NCBI GenBank assembly: GCA_003971905.1
Contig: RSEE01000046.1
Span: 310,001 to 374,000 of the forward strand
Direction: 5' to 3'
From: Moniliella sp. 'wahieum'
Lineage: Eukaryota
DNA: 64,000 nucleotides
Part shown: positions 23,986 to 38,600 of the stretch, piece by piece
Numbering within the stretch: position 1 is the stretch's first letter
Layout: every line of letters starts with the position of its first letter
Made by a program: the position numbers and the translations under genes
The notes under the pieces: generated by a model
Database searches by the model: none
The model's input: only the letters and a program-made list of their open reading frames with translations
What the model was told of the DNA's origin: nothing

Positions 23986-26724
23986 ATGAGCACTGCCGAC
24001 AACGCCTGGCAGCGACTGGGCTTGCCGGCTTGGTTGGCCGACCACCTGGTCTCCGCTGTGGGCCCCGTCCCAACAGCCGTCCAGGCATCGGCGGTCCCCC
24101 TCCTCCTCCGCGGCAAAGACATTGTTGCCGAGGCGGCTACGGGCAGCGGCAAGACGCTCGCCTTTGCTACGCCTCTTGCTGCGCTTCTGGCCAAAAAGCA
24201 GAATCTCTCCATGCTGTCGCTGCCGAAGCTGAAAGCGCTTCCCGCAAAGAAAAGCTGGAGGAAATCCGCGAGCGCGCTGCCTTCTATGGAGAGGCCCTCC
24301 CTCGGAGTCTGAAGAAGCTGGCTTGACTGCCCCCCTACCTACTCCCTCGGAGCGCCGCTCGAACCGGTCCTTGATGGCGGTCATTGTAGCTCCCACTCGT
24401 GAGCTTGCTCGACAGATCCATGGGGTCGTTTCCGATGTGCTCAAGGCTCACCGAGCACGGCACTCGAGGCTGGGTACTTGGCTCGTAAGAACAAGCGCAT
24501 CCAAGCGGCCATCAAGGCCTACAAGGGAAAGGGCAAACTTGGGAAAGACGAAGCCGCGGCTTATGTCGAGCGTACCGATGTAGAGCGGATACGGCGCGGT
24601 ATGGCACCTTCGGAAGATCCTGCTGATTCCGAGGCCGATTTGGCCTACCTGCGGTCCACTCCGCCCTTGACTGCTCAGTTGGTTGTCGGTGGCTCGGCGG
24701 GCAGTGGAAATGGTGCGGCCATGTCCCCCGCAGGATTGGTCTCGATACCGCGATGTACGGCCTGATGTGTTGGTCGGCACTCCAGGCCGGATCGTGGCGC
24801 TCTTGTCTCGGCCTGGAAAACATGCGCAGGGGTGGAGCTCCTCGTTCTGGACGAGGCCGATCGAATGTGGACGAGAAGAATGCGGAAGCACTGCAGGTGA
24901 TTATGAATGCACTTCCTACGCAGCGGCGTACGGCTTTGTTCTCGGCGACCATTGCGCCCGTTGTCAATCGCTGGCTGCTATGGGAATGCGCAACCCGGCC
25001 CGGATCAGCGTCGCGGTGCAGGCCAAATCCGCGACGGCAAAGCAACAAGCTACGGCAAACAACAAGCCTGCCACCATTGCAGTACCCTCTACGCTCGAGA
25101 ACTACGCTTTGGTCTGTCGAGAGGAGAACCGACTAACAGAACTGATTCGCATATTGTCTTTTGAAACCAAACTCCCCCTGCCCCATCCAGTTCGGACCAG
25201 CGAGGCCTGAGGCCAAGTGGGGCAGGCAAGGTGATTGTCTACTTTGCCACCTGTGCCAGGTGGAGTACTTTTATCATGCTCTGACCAGGGCCGAGGTCTT
25301 ACCAGGGATCCGGCTCTTTAGCTTGCATGGTCAGCAGAGCCCTATTCGCCGCCGTGCCGTCTTTCACAACTTTGCCCAAGCTCGCGTCCCCGGAAGGGAA
25401 GATGACACGTCGGACGAGCTCTTGGACGCACTGGCCCAGCCGAAGGCGATACGGGGGGTGACGTTACCGGCCGCTCTGGACCTTGCGTATTGCTCTGTAC
25501 GGATGTGGCTGCTCGCGGGTTGGACTTGCCTGGAGTTGGGTGCGTAGTGCAGTTTGATCCGCCTTTGGAACCCGCAACCTTTACCCATCGTGTCGGACGC
25601 ACTGCCCGTGCGGGCCGGACGGGCAGGGCTGTGGTCCTGCTTCATCGTGGACCAGAGGAAGGCTACACTACGTTTTTACGCGTTCGCAGGGTCCCGTTGT
25701 ACCCCTACCCGTACCTGACAGGCAGGGTGAGCGGTCCGACTCGGTCCCTGTTGTAGGGAAGGAACCCGAGGCAGAAGACGAGTATGCACAGGAGCTTCGC
25801 ACAAGGTTACGACAGGTGGCCAAGGATGACCGCAAGTGCACGACTGGGCCATGAAGTCGTTCGTGAGCTACGTCCGGGCGTACAGCAAGCACGAGACTGC
25901 GTTCCTTTTCCGGTCCCGGCTTTGCGCTTACAGGCTCTTGCGCATGCATACGGTTTGCTTCGTCTGCCGGCGATGCCGGAGCTACGAGAAGCGCGCAAGC
26001 GAGCTGCCGCTCGAGCTGAACTGGCAGCTGCAGCCAAGGCTACGGCTACGGCCAAGGTGGCCGACGGCGAGGCGGAGACTGTCGATGCCCAAGGTGGAAC
26101 GGGGCAGGGGACGTGAAGAATGCCAAGGAGGAGAGGAGGCACCCACGTAGCAAGACAGCGAGCCTTCCCCCGAGACAGCAAAGGATGCGTGGATACGACC
26201 AATCAGGCGCCCGATCTCGACTTTGACGATCTCTCTCCTGCGGAGATGGATGCTGTGCTGTACAAGAACGCGGCCAAGGAAGCTAAGCGGCAGCGCGAGC
26301 TGGAGGCCAAGGCAGCCAAGGCAGCCGAGGCAGCAGCCAAGGCAGCGGAGGAAGAGGCGAATAAGGTGCCAAGAAGGGCGCGCCGGTCGCCGAGGGTCCT
26401 CGGTGGTGGTCGGCGCGGCCTGGAGCGACAAGAAGCGGCGGCAAGAAATCAAGCTCAAGCGGCGCACGCTCAAGGCGGCCAAGAGGGCGTGGCGCAAGGC
26501 GCACCCAGGAGGCGGCGGCGCAGGACGCGCAACGAGCAGCCCAGAGCGCCACGCGCGCTCAGACGGCCCATGCGTCCGACTCGGACGACGAGGACGACTG
26601 GGCGGCGGAGGAACGGGCGGCAAAGCGGCGGCGGAAGCGCGGGGGCGCGTTGAGCGACGAGGAGGACGCAGGCGAGGGCACCGGGTCCAAGCGCGCCAAG
26701 GCGGGCTTCTTTGATGATCTGTAA
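23986..26724 (+). CDS. SPB4: DEAD-box rRNA helicase Spb4/DDX55
   Basis: Q motif [58 protein letters not shown] and the Spb4-type C-terminal [15 protein letters not shown]...[13 protein letters not shown]. Ends GFFDDL stop (TAA 26722-26724). Confidence 0.92.
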
Positions 26725-27178
26725 ACGCGCATATACTCGCTGATGTGTGGATGGGGGGGGGGTTGATGGGGGGGTTGTAGCAAGAGGAGGGAGATGCGGT
26801 GGGGACGCTGGCCAGACTGCGAGAATTGCGCTGCTCTGCTGGTATACGATAGCTGCTATACTAGCGGATGGATCATCGATTAAATACCACCCCTGCATAG
26901 GTGCTCGCCCCGTGCTGATGTCAGCAGGGGCAAGCGGTGGCAAGCGGTGGCTCTGCGGGGGCTGTGGCGAGGCGCCTGGCCCCTCCCCCAGCGCGGCGCC
27001 GCCGATCGGTGACTGTCAGAGCCCATGGCGCCTTTCGACTGCGACCCACGCGGGGGTACGCGCCCCGCTCCCGCACCCACACGGCAGCCTGCTCGGCCAA
27101 AGCGCAAGCCATTGTCACGTCGCCCCCCTCACCACACCACCACCACCACCACCCTCCGCCTTGGTCCTTACTCCCGCC

Positions 27179-29131
27179 ATGAGCACCCTCGACGATCTCC
27201 CGCGGCGACCACCTGTTCTGCGTGGGCCAAGGCGTCCATGTCCCCCCCCTCCACGTGTGGTCAGGCGGTCGCCTCCCCCTCGCGCCCGGCTGTGCGCCTC
27301 CACTACACCCGTCAACGACGAGCACGTTGACAGCAACCTGCCGTCTGCGCAACTGCCTGATCCCTCCCAGTTTACTGATGCTGATCTGTCCGCCTACTCG
27401 TCTCCTTCGTCCTCCTTGTCCGCCAGCGATTCTTCCACCAATTCAGAGCCCAACCAACCCAGCTACCCGCCCGAGACATCCGTCCTCTCTCATCCCACTT
27501 TACCCGCCCTTGCTGCCGTCCCAGCCGCAGATGGTTTTCAGGTTCCTTCCACCTGGCCCATACCCACTGTTTCCTCCCACCTCGAGGAGGACAGGCTGGT
27601 TTCGTTTTCGCTGGACGACCCGCCTTTCCCTGCCCCGCCGCATGCTTCGTCTACTGCGTCTGCCCTGTTCCTACCGATGAGACTCGTCGTGTGTCCCACT
27701 CTGAGCCAGACGTCTTGGGCTCAGCCTTGACTCATATTCCAGCCCCTGATCTTCGTCTCCATCTCGTCCACTTTGAGTTTTGAACCGTCATCCGCATGCA
27801 GCATTTCTCGCCCTACTTCAAGTCTGTGGGACAGGCCATGCCCGATCCTCGGGATGCCCAGTCCCAATCGTCCCCTATCTTGGTTAGCAGCCCCAATCAC
27901 AGCCAAGGTGTGACGAGGGGTCTGTCGGCATCTGTACCAACTGAGCCAGACTCCCCCGAGAGCCGCGTTGATGCAGTCGCGCGCCCCGCACGACTGCCGC
28001 CACCACCACCTGATCCCATATCGGTGCCAGCCCAGTGCACCTGGATGCCTATTTCGCAGCCAGATCACTCGTCCTCTTCATTTCCGACGTCGTTGGCTCC
28101 CTCTCGGCCCGTCTGGCTAGAGGGCCGTGCCGCATGGGAGCCCGATTCGGCCACATCCGAGTGTCATCTTTGCCACCGCATTTTCAGCCTCTTTACTCGA
28201 CGGCACCATTGCCGTTCGTGCGGACGCGTGTGCTGTGCAGAGTGCACTCGTTGTCGGGCGATTCTCCCTCAGCACCTGATTGTGCTTCCTCCCAGTATGG
28301 ATTATGATTCACCCCGCAGCATGGCTTCTTCTGCTCCGACCCACACCCGCAGCATCTCCGTCCCGCCACCTATACCGTCCCCGCCTGACGACACGGAGTC
28401 TGATCCGGTACGGGTGTGTGACGACTGTGCCTGATTCTAGGGCACCAGCCTGTGGAGCCGACTGATCCTTTTCCGCACGCTCTGTTCACCTTCCGGGGCC
28501 ATGCGGACCGCCCCTTCCACCAGGCCCGCGACGGCGCGAAGGCTCGAGCGTTCGAGCAGTTCGACGAGTTACGAAGGGCGGGATCGCAATGCTGTTTCGC
28601 ACTACGTTTCCTCGTACTTGTTTGGACCCCCTTCGACCCCGGTATCCCGCTCTCTCCCCGCCCCGCCCACGCCCACGCACGCGCGCCAGTGCCTTCGTCT
28701 GTGCCTCGTCCCCCCCTGCCGCTCGGCGGCGATGCTAGAGTGTCCCGTGTGTACCTTACCTGTTGCACCGGTGGGGCAGACGGAGCAGCTGGAGGCGCAC
28801 GTGCGAGCCTGCGTCGAGTCCCCACTACCGCCCTGTTGGCCGCCAGTGGGATTCGTGCGCTCCCGCGCAGACGCCTGCTCGGCCGCACCCGCACCCGCAC
28901 CCGCACAACACGCACCAGGCGACCTACTCGCGCTACGCGCCCGACACGCTTGCGCCCGGCAACCGGCTCGTCGGTGACGAGTGCCCGATTTGCATGGAGG
29001 AGTTTGAGGTGGGGCAAGCGGTGGCGCGCATGGCGTGCTTGTGCGTGTTCCACCAGCCGTGCCTCCAAGCTTGGCTCGCTCGCGGCGTCGGGTGTCCCAC
29101 CCATCGCCCACCGTCGCCCAGGTTGGACTAG
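27179..29131 (+). CDS. PIB1: FYVE + RING-H2 E3 ubiquitin ligase (Pib1-like)
   Basis: FYVE: WEPD...CHLC...FTRRHHCRSCGRVCCAEC...RVCDDC. Central CPVC...HVRAC zinc finger. C-terminal RING-H2 ECPICMEEF...CLCVFHQPCLQAWL...CPTH. Confidence 0.88.
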
Positions 29132-29637
29132 GGGGCGGAGGCGCGGGTGGCGTTCTGCATAACTACCACTACTACCACTACGACTGCTATTACTATACAC
29201 CCTGTGTCGGGACAGATGCGTTGGAGGAGTTGGCACAGAGGACATTGGCGCGTGGACGCTTCTGCCTGATATAGGATTTGCGAGGAGGCTGCTGGACGGG
29301 CAAGTGCGTGGGACTAGGTAGGGCCAGCGGTTGTGACAGATGTGTGACGTGGGGCCGTGTGCGTGCCGCCTGGTACGTAGCACACATCACCTGCGTCACA
29401 TGTGGCATGGCTTGTTCCCGCGCGCTGGGGTGCGCATGGATGGCGGCCTGCGGCGTGGCTCTGCCTGCCTCTCTTTTGGCCACTGCTGCCTGCCTCGCCC
29501 ACGCTGCCTTGCATCGCCGCCACCGCCATCACCGCCACCGCCACCGCCACCGCCATCGCCACCATCTCTGCCGTGGCCTTTGTTGCGACCACCGCAGCCT
29601 CCTCTCCTCCGCCCGCGGGCGTGCACGCGTTCTGAAC

Positions 29638-32600
29638 ATGATCCCGTCCTCCCCCCCACCTGCCCCCTCTGTGCCCAACAGCAGCCTCGAGCTGGGCTGG
29701 ACCGCCACCACCTTCGCTGTCTTGGTCGCTGCGTTGGGCGCGTATTTGTTTGGCACCCGCAGTCTCCTCCTCTTCCTCGTTCTCATTGCCCTTGCAGTCG
29801 TCTTCCGCTTTACCATCCCCTACGTCACCCCGCGCGCGATTGCCTTGGCCATCCGCCCCCATGTCCACATCGGCCGCATCGGCGCCCGCGGCATCCACCG
29901 CCTCACCTCACCCTGGCTTCCGCTGAGTTGCACGTCGAGCACATTGCCCTACGTGTGAACAGATCTGGTACGCATCCCCTCTTCTGTCTGTACCCCCCCC
30001 CGGACTGAATTGCATCTGATCCATGTCCTGCCCTGCCTTTGAATCAGCCCCGGCCGCGGAGCAGCCTCCGGTCGTTCCATCGAACTCGAGCCCAGATACA
30101 GAGGGGGACGAACATACGAAAACAGTGCCCCATACGCCTCACCGTGGCTCACTTTGATCGTCAAGAACGCTCGTATTTACCTTCACCCAGACAGCCAACC
30201 TACCCCCACGCAGAGGCCTTCTTCTACCCGGAACAAAGCTTCGGTCTGGCGTAGCATCGCAACATGCGTCCCGCGCCCAGTGTTGATTGCTGCAGGGAAG
30301 TGTGCCTCGGTGGCGAGTAAATTGGTTGCTGCGGCTCTGCGAGCGTCGATGCACGCTCTTCCTTTTGCTTCCCGCGTGATCGACATTCGTCTCGAAGGCG
30401 GCGAGATCATTATGGGTCCCGGCGGGCAAGTCGGTTCAAGGGGGTATCGAAGTGGATCGCTCCCCCCGTCATCACAAGGATCACTCAGGCTCGTGTGGCG
30501 GCTACGTACACACTCTCAGGCCCGGTCTACTCCCTCCAAGGTGACCGCAACCACTTGGCTTTCCCGTTTGCCAGCTGGCACGCTGTCGATCCAGTTGTTT
30601 ATCACCACCGTCGCAACATACACCACGACAGCGTTGGCTGAGTTGAACGTCCCCGCGGACAAGCGATCTCTTGAAGCGCTCTGGACTGTTCCCGGAGAAC
30701 ACCCTGGCTGTCATCCGCGCACGGGACAGCAACCATCTCACCCTGGCACACTCTCTTCGGGGATGCCCAACACATCCCATGCGAACAACGAATCATCTTT
30801 GCCCCAGACACCACGAAGGCAACCTTGTCCCTCCGTGTCGGAGATCCAGATGTACCAAAGTTGAGCACGCCTCGCGGCCGGTCTCCCAGCCCCCAATACC
30901 CGACCGGGCCCGGTGAAACTGGATGTCCGCTTGGCCCCAACAGTGGTTGGCGTGGACGCGCTCCACCTCTTGGCCCGCAAGCCAACCATGGATCCAAAGC
31001 CGGCCAAGCCAGCTCCCTTGCGTCCACCATCATCGGGATTGTATGATGCTGTCACGGCATTGGAAAGGGCTTCTCTGTCTCTTCCTTTCGTACGGCATTC
31101 TCTTCGATTCTGGGCCTGCTTCCACTGGAACAGGCGGGTTTCAGGCTTTGGCGTCTGATGTTCGATCGGCAAAGGTGGCCGTGCGGCGGGCTGCTCCCGA
31201 CGAGCCTCTCTGTGTTCATGGCTCGAAACTTCTACCGTCACAGCCCCCGACCGAGCAAGAACTGACCAAGCGCCGGGCACAGCAGTTGCGCCATCTGCTT
31301 CGCTCGCCTCTCGCAACCTCCACAATCGGTTGGCCGTTCTCGAGGCTCCCTATCCCACTTGCCCCGGCCGCATAGGCTTGGACGAAAATCTCCGCGCCCC
31401 ATACCACCCATCTTGTTGCATGGCACGTTGTCTATGCAAGCCGTCCAAGTCCGTCTGGCCCCGGGGGGGGTCTGTGCTGCCTCAATTGGGCCGATCCAAA
31501 TCACGTCGGCGGTTTCCATCCCGGCGCGCATGTTACTCCCGCCTCGAGTGGAGCGGAGCCGACGCTGGTCCACCGTCCAGCAGATCACCCTCTCCCGTCC
31601 CTCCCGTCCCATCTTCGTCACGCCGATCGAGGCGGAACCAGATCCTTCTTGGGACAGGCCTGAGCCACACGATTACCCCCAATGCACTGTCTATACGGAT
31701 GTGGCGGTTGACAAGGCAAAACTCTGTCTTCCCGAACCGCTTCTGGCCATTCTTCGGGCACGTGAACATGCCAAGCCACGTCGCAGCTCCCCTCCCCCTC
31801 CCTCTGGCTCTCCCACAGTCCGATTACCACAACTCCACCTGGGCTTGCATATCGGGGAGGTGTCAATGGAGACGGAACTTCCTGCTCCACCTCCAGCGAC
31901 AGCCCCCGCTGTCCCGACGGAGTCCAAGTCGCACCGCCGTCGACGTTCTCGTACATTGTCTGTGGGGCGACAGCTGACTCGGCTCACTCTTCCTTCGGTG
32001 GATCTGGCTTTGCATGGACACTTTGCCCCGGCACCAACTCAGCGCGATGAGATGTGCTCCTTATCCCAGTATGTGTTTGACACCCACGCTCAATTGGGAC
32101 CGTGGAACTGTTGGGAGGGCCACAGGGAGGGTCTGTGTTCACCTCACTGGTCCGTGTCCCGCTCATCGAGGCGCGGTGCTCAGGTGCGCGAGGCCTCCTA
32201 TCCTCGTTGCAGCCAGTGGGTCTATTGCCCCCGGGTTCAGGTCCGTCCACGGGGGGTGGCCCATCCATCGACTGCCTGTAGTTGCGTTGGACAGGGCGAA
32301 ATCTCGTCCCATACCCTCATTGAGGGATTGACCCTTCGCGTCAACAACTCAGACGCTTGGGACGTCCTGGCAGCTATGGTTCTGGGATTGGCTCGCCTGC
32401 CTCGAAGGATGTAACCCCTACTGTGTCGGCTGAGACTACGGCAGGATGGGCGTTGCGCAAGTACGTCCATACCTTGGCTCTGCGTGATGCGGAACTGGTT
32501 TTGGCTACGGTGGACCAGGCCCGGTCTCCTTCCTCGGTGGGTGTCAGCGTCTTCCTTGCTCGTGCTACGCTCGAAACGGCAAAATGCCCTGTTCGTCCCT

Positions 32601-35600
32601 CCAAGACACCTCGCTTTTCTTGGGACCCGCGCCAAACGTTCGGGTTGGAACAAACTGCTTTGGATCGAGCTGCTACCGTGACTGGGGTCTACGGGCCTCG
32701 CACCTCAACCACACTGCTCACTTTCAACGGGTTAAGTTGAGTGCTGTGCAGCCAGAAGCGGTCGTTCCGGATCTGGACCCGGATTGCACCCCGGTACCCA
32801 TCGACCCTTCCGACAAACCATCTTTGATTTGCCCAGCACCGCCTCATCCTCACACTCCGTCCTGTTTTGGCAGAGAAGCAGCGGCATATTTACGCCAGCC
32901 GACGGGCCGAACGCCCACTGGATTTGGGTTGGAAGACCAGTCGCTAGTCAGCTTCAACATCGACTTGGCCGAGCCGCTGGGCCTGTTCATCCGATTAAGT
33001 CATATTTACTGTCTCTTGATGGCCGGGGCGGGGCTGCGACGAATTGCCGGCTTGCGCAAGAGCCTCTCCTCTCCTGCTCCTATCGATCCAGAGAACACTC
33101 GCCTTCCCCTCCCCCTCTGTGGAATCGGGTGAGTCTACGCCTCGGGGGAGACGCCCACGCCCCTCAAGCGAACGTGGGAGGTAAATGTGACGGTGCGTCA
33201 CATTAACATCCCCATCTCATTGCCATTGGGCATGGAGTGCTTTGTTGGTGCTCGTGGGCTCCGAGCCGTGTGGCGACCACACACACCCTTGCAGGTCCAT
33301 TGGGAGGAACTTGTTGGTGCTCCCAAGCGAATCCACCCGCCGCCGATTGGCGGGGCCAACTTGCCATTCGAATCCACGTTTAGTGAGATGGTTCGTAACA
33401 AGAATGGAACGGCCGTTGTACGCTTCCCCTTGTTCCAGGGCGGTACCCAACCGGCTATCACCGTCAATGGGGACAGTTTGCTGTTGTCCATCCCTTACAA
33501 CTACCGTTGTATGAGTTGGTGGACGCCACGACGGTGAGCATCAAGGCGATCAAGCAATTGGTTCACGAGATTCTCTTGGGCCATTCGGGCAACTGGTTGT
33601 CGCCCACCGAGCAAGCGCCTATCCGAATGCCTCGAATCCAATTGGCGTTTGCCCAAGTCGTCCTAGAAGGCGAGGATGACCCATTCGAATCGGCCTTGGG
33701 ACGAATCCTGTGTGCGGGTAAGCAGGAGGTTTGCGTCGCCTCGAACGCGCAGCCGCCTTTGACGACAAGATGACAGAAGTCTTCAAGCACACACACAATG
33801 GCTCTTCTCGTCCCAGTTCCACTTCCACAGGGGTGAGCACGTTGGCATCCAACCCCCCTCCGGTGGATCCTGCTACGATTGTCCGCGAAGCTGCCTCCCG
33901 CCTTGCCGAGTACGACGCAATCTCGTGGATGAGGCGAATTCGAACCGTGACGGAAATTCAACAACAGCGCGAAGTTTCCTTCCGCTCCCGTTTGTTCCAG
34001 CGTACCCCGACTCGCAGCCATAACCGGTCCCACATGGTGCGGCCGGTCAGCCGGATCAGGACCAAGGAAAAGGACAAGAGTATGGCGCCATCCGTGGTTC
34101 GTCGACGTGGTCTCACGCCCCGCTGCCCCTCCTCTGTTCCGTATGGTCTTTTCCAATCCCTTGATCAACCTGTCTGAGCCGTTGTTTTCCCGTGAGAACA
34201 CGCGTGCGTTTATCACCAAGCACGGGGGACCCATTCCCCTCACTTGCGGTTCGCGATCTGTGTCCCGTTTCATTTCCATTGGGAGATGGACGAGGCGCTG
34301 ATGCAGATTCGCGATTACCCTCTCCCCTTGGTCCATGTCTCTTCCGATATCGCTGTTTCGGATTCATCGGGCGACCGGACACGCACCTGTACCTGGGTGA
34401 TGGAGGGCGACATTTGCATCGCTGAGCAAATGGGCGGTCCCGAGTCGACACGGTATGTGCCTGCCTCCATTTGGGGTCGCTTTCGGCACAGAGCCCGCAC
34501 CTGGCCTCGTATACGATCAGTGTTCCCAAGGTCTCCTTGCCTACCAAGTGGTTTGGTGCACCGGTCGTGACCATCCGAAGTGGCCGGCCCTTACATGTAT
34601 CGTGGGGTGCAAGCTACCAGGCGGCGGTGGCAGACATGGTCCGAACGTTTGACTCTTTCTCACGACCTCCTACTGACCCTTCCCCAAAATTGGTTTCTGG
34701 GACAAACTTCCCCTTCTCTTTCATGGAGAACTTTCGTTCGTTTCCCCCCACCGAAGGGGAACGGCAAGGAATGTCGCAAAGTGGAGTTCGTCTGTACCTC
34801 AAGGTTGCGGGATCCGTACGCTCTCGATGGGTATGGCGCTGGCTGGGTCATGTTGGCACAAGGGCGTTACCGTCACCTTTGGCCGCGACAATCCAGAGAA
34901 AGAGGTGCTGCAGTTCAAGTCGAGCAAGTTTATCCTTGGCATTCCCGACTTGACCTCCTATGGTCCCGATGGTGCTGCAAGCCAGGAGGCTCAGCGATCG
35001 AGCCAAGGTCTTGGCATCGACATCGGCCCCACTTCTCCTGCTGGATTCGATTTGCACCCAACCCACTCTTTGGCTGGTCTGCCCATTCTTAATGCGTACG
35101 GGACGGACATGAGCTGGCACGAGATCGATTTGCGCCTTCAAAAAACGTCTGGCACTTGGCCGGAGTCGTCACCTGGGGACTGGGCTTCCGTCTTGAACGT
35201 ACGTGCAGCAAGTGGGACTGTCGCAACACGCCACGTTGCCAAGGCGAACCCTTCAACCGCAAGTGCCGGTTCTGGGACCACATCTCCCACTGGCAAGTAG
35301 TCACCAAGGCACCTGACTACCTTAAAATCGGCCTGTGGGAACGCGTATGTTAGCCGCTGTTCTTCTGCTTCGGGTAACTGACTTGGATATGTTTTTTTAC
35401 AGCGGGACTCGTACATGGGTTGGCGCCACGACCACATTCATTTCACCATTGGGGTGCGCTCGCATGAAGTGGCGAAACCTGCGTCGGACACCAAGGCTAA
35501 CAGCCTGCACATCACGCCGTTGACTTCGGCTCACTTTTGGGCATGGATGAACTTGTATCGCAGCTCCTTGGGTCTGCCGATTCGGCAAGGCAAGCTGTTT

Positions 35601-38600
35601 GATACTCCTCAACGTCCACCCAAGTTTGGCCCTCACCTGGCCACCATCAAATACCGTCTGGATTTAGCCCCTCTCTACTTCAGCCATGTTTACCTCCAGC
35701 AAGACATCGAGCGGTACGAAAAAATGCGGCACTCTATGTCGGGCTCAAGTGCCGTCGACAAGTTTGATGTGGATGTGCATCAACGGCACAGGCCACGGAA
35801 ATCGAGCGCAAGGGTCTAGGTGAGAAAAAGAAGGTCTTGCACAAACCCATTAATGAGCTCGAGGTCAACTTTGCTGGATTTGAAGTGCGGGCTGTCTGTG
35901 CCGAGATGGCCGACCCGGTCACTGGCTTCCCTCAATCACATACCCGGGCAGGACGGCGAGCATGTCGATGAGGACGATGACGAGGCTCAAGAGACGGCTG
36001 CTGACCGGTTCTTGCGGAGCGGACCGGATGCTTCGGATAGCAACGATGGTTGGTGGGACTTGGACGATTATGTTGAACTGGGAGCCTATGTCGGTCGGCG
36101 TACGTCGGCTCCTCCAACCAGCCGTGGCCGTACCGAGACGGTGCTGCGATGCCCGGCGTTTAACTACTACAAGAAGCTGCGTACCCGCAAGGAGGTGACC
36201 GAGCAGTTGGCCGAGAGCGGTCTCTCCGACACGGATGAAGACGGGGGGGATCCAACCCGGCCTCGTCCCACACACGCAGTGTCATGTTTGCCACCGAGAG
36301 CAAATTTGGCTACGAAGATACCCACACGTGCTTGATTGGACATACGCCCACGGTCAATCAGTACCAGCAAAAGATCGTTCGGCAGCGACTGCGCGACCTT
36401 CGTCAACAGACGGATCAATCGGTCGAGGTATGTTACCTTTTCTATAGCACTTATTTCGTTGGAGGAATCAGAGCACTGACCCCGTTCTCTCTTTTAGGAA
36501 CGGCGCAACATGAACCTGTTGACGCGATACTATACCATTTTGCAAGAGGCCGATTCGCTTCCTCAACCGCAGAGGACCTTCTCCTCTTCACCTCGACCGC
36601 GCCCCCTCCCCCTCCCCATCAACGTGTCGGCCTGGGAGAAAGTTTGGACGAGCAAGAATGGGCAAAAGAAGTCAAGGAGATTCAAGAACAGTGGTCCTTG
36701 TTTTCCAATCGGTACCTGTTCCATTGCCCTGTTGTTCTCGTTAGTGACGTGACTCGTGGGATCTTGACCAAGTACTATCACAGCAATCGTGATCGGAGAG
36801 GGTTTGCCCATTACCTAAGGCCCAGGCCCTTCGCACCATCCGCGAAGGAATTGGACTTGGGCTCTCGCTCGTTGGATTTACCGAGCGAGGGAAGACCGTC
36901 CATGGAGGACTTGGTTGGATCCCCAGCAGGTTCACGGCGGCATGGTCAACGAAGCACAATCCGGAAGAAGGGGGTCTCGGACAGCTACGTAACATGCTGC
37001 GCGATACCATGCAATCGTTTAACCCATTGGGAGACAAAAGCGCATCGGGCTTGGGCTTGGACCAACAGCCTCGGTTCCGGAGCAGTTTGACGCTACGTCT
37101 GGGATCCACCCTGACTTTGATGTGCGCATGAGCACTGTGTGCGTCTTGTTGCGTCCCCAGATTGTTTTGCGAAACGAGAAGGAGGATTCCAGCGTGGTGC
37201 TGAGCGCCACCCGTGCCCGACTGCACAACTACACCGTTCGCGACTACGACTTTGTTGACGATGATATCAACCAACAGGTCATGCATCGCAACATGATCGT
37301 ATTCGACCAGATGCAATGCTGGCATCCTCCTCCACGATATAAGCTCGGCCTTCAGTTCGAACAGCTGTTGAGCGGCGAAAAGGGTGTAAGTGGGCTCGAG
37401 CCCATCATTCCACGGACGAATTGCAGCTTGCAATACGACAAGTTCAACAAGCTTCGACTTCAAGATGCTTCGAAGCCATGCGCCGACCTGGACAAGCTAC
37501 CTGCTGACCAAGATCATTTGCGTTACAACATGGACCTTGTTCGCATCCACTGTCCCACTTCTCCATCAGTGCCAACCATGAACAATTTGCGGCGTTATAC
37601 AGTGTCATTACCGGTCTCGTTCTCTACCGTGACCCAGCGTTCAAGGCGCAGACCAAGCAACTGGAGACCATTCTCTTCGCCTACAACTTTCATGACCCTG
37701 AGGAGTTGGCCGACATTGTCGAGACGCTTCAAAATCGCATCCATCACGCTCAGCGTGAGTGCAGCTTTGCCGAGGCGATGTACAGCGCAACACCCACCCA
37801 AGAGCATTATATGGGGGCGATCAGCTCGTACCGCTACATGGTTGAATTACATCGCGAACTTGGCTTGTTCAATGCAGCCATCTCCATTGCTCAAGACCGT
37901 CGCTCTGGGTCGGACAAGGAGAAGCGGTCAGCACTACTGTTGGAAGCTGAGGCAGGCGAGGTGGGATGGGCAATGATGATCGCTGGCTCCACTCAGTCCA
38001 TCGCCGATGTCCGTATCCGTGGGGTTCATTTCCAGTGGCTCAATAAGGCGGACAACTCAGCACTGAACCGGTTGGTGGTTGACAGCCTTCACGCTCGGAA
38101 CAATCGCCCTGACGCTCTTTTCGGTAACATGATCTCCAAATATACCAAGAACCAACAGGGCAACTGGATGGTGGAGCAGCGTCGCTTTTTGGATGTGACA
38201 TGGGCCGTTCTTGCACCCGTGGGTGGGATTTCGCTAATCCAGCAGTTCGAGCTCAAGCTGCACCCGCTTCGCGTGCAGCTCGAGATTGCGGTGGGAAGGG
38301 AGATCATGGGCTACATTTTTGGCAAGGGCAATGGCTCAGGCCCCGCCCAATCCCAATCTCAAAATCTCCCCCATTCCCAACGGGGTCAAACGCAGAGCTA
38401 CGACCATGGGCCCTCAACTCTCTCCCTCTGCAAGTGGTGTGTCGCGGAGTGGAAACTTGGACAACAAGCGCAAGCTAGGAGCGGGCCCATCCCTCTCATC
38501 ACTTCACGCCCCACTGCGCACACAGTCGCAATCGTTGCTAAAGGTTAATTTGCCTCGCGCCAAGGCTTCGGTGGATACGTTGACTCTTGCCGTTCCTGAA

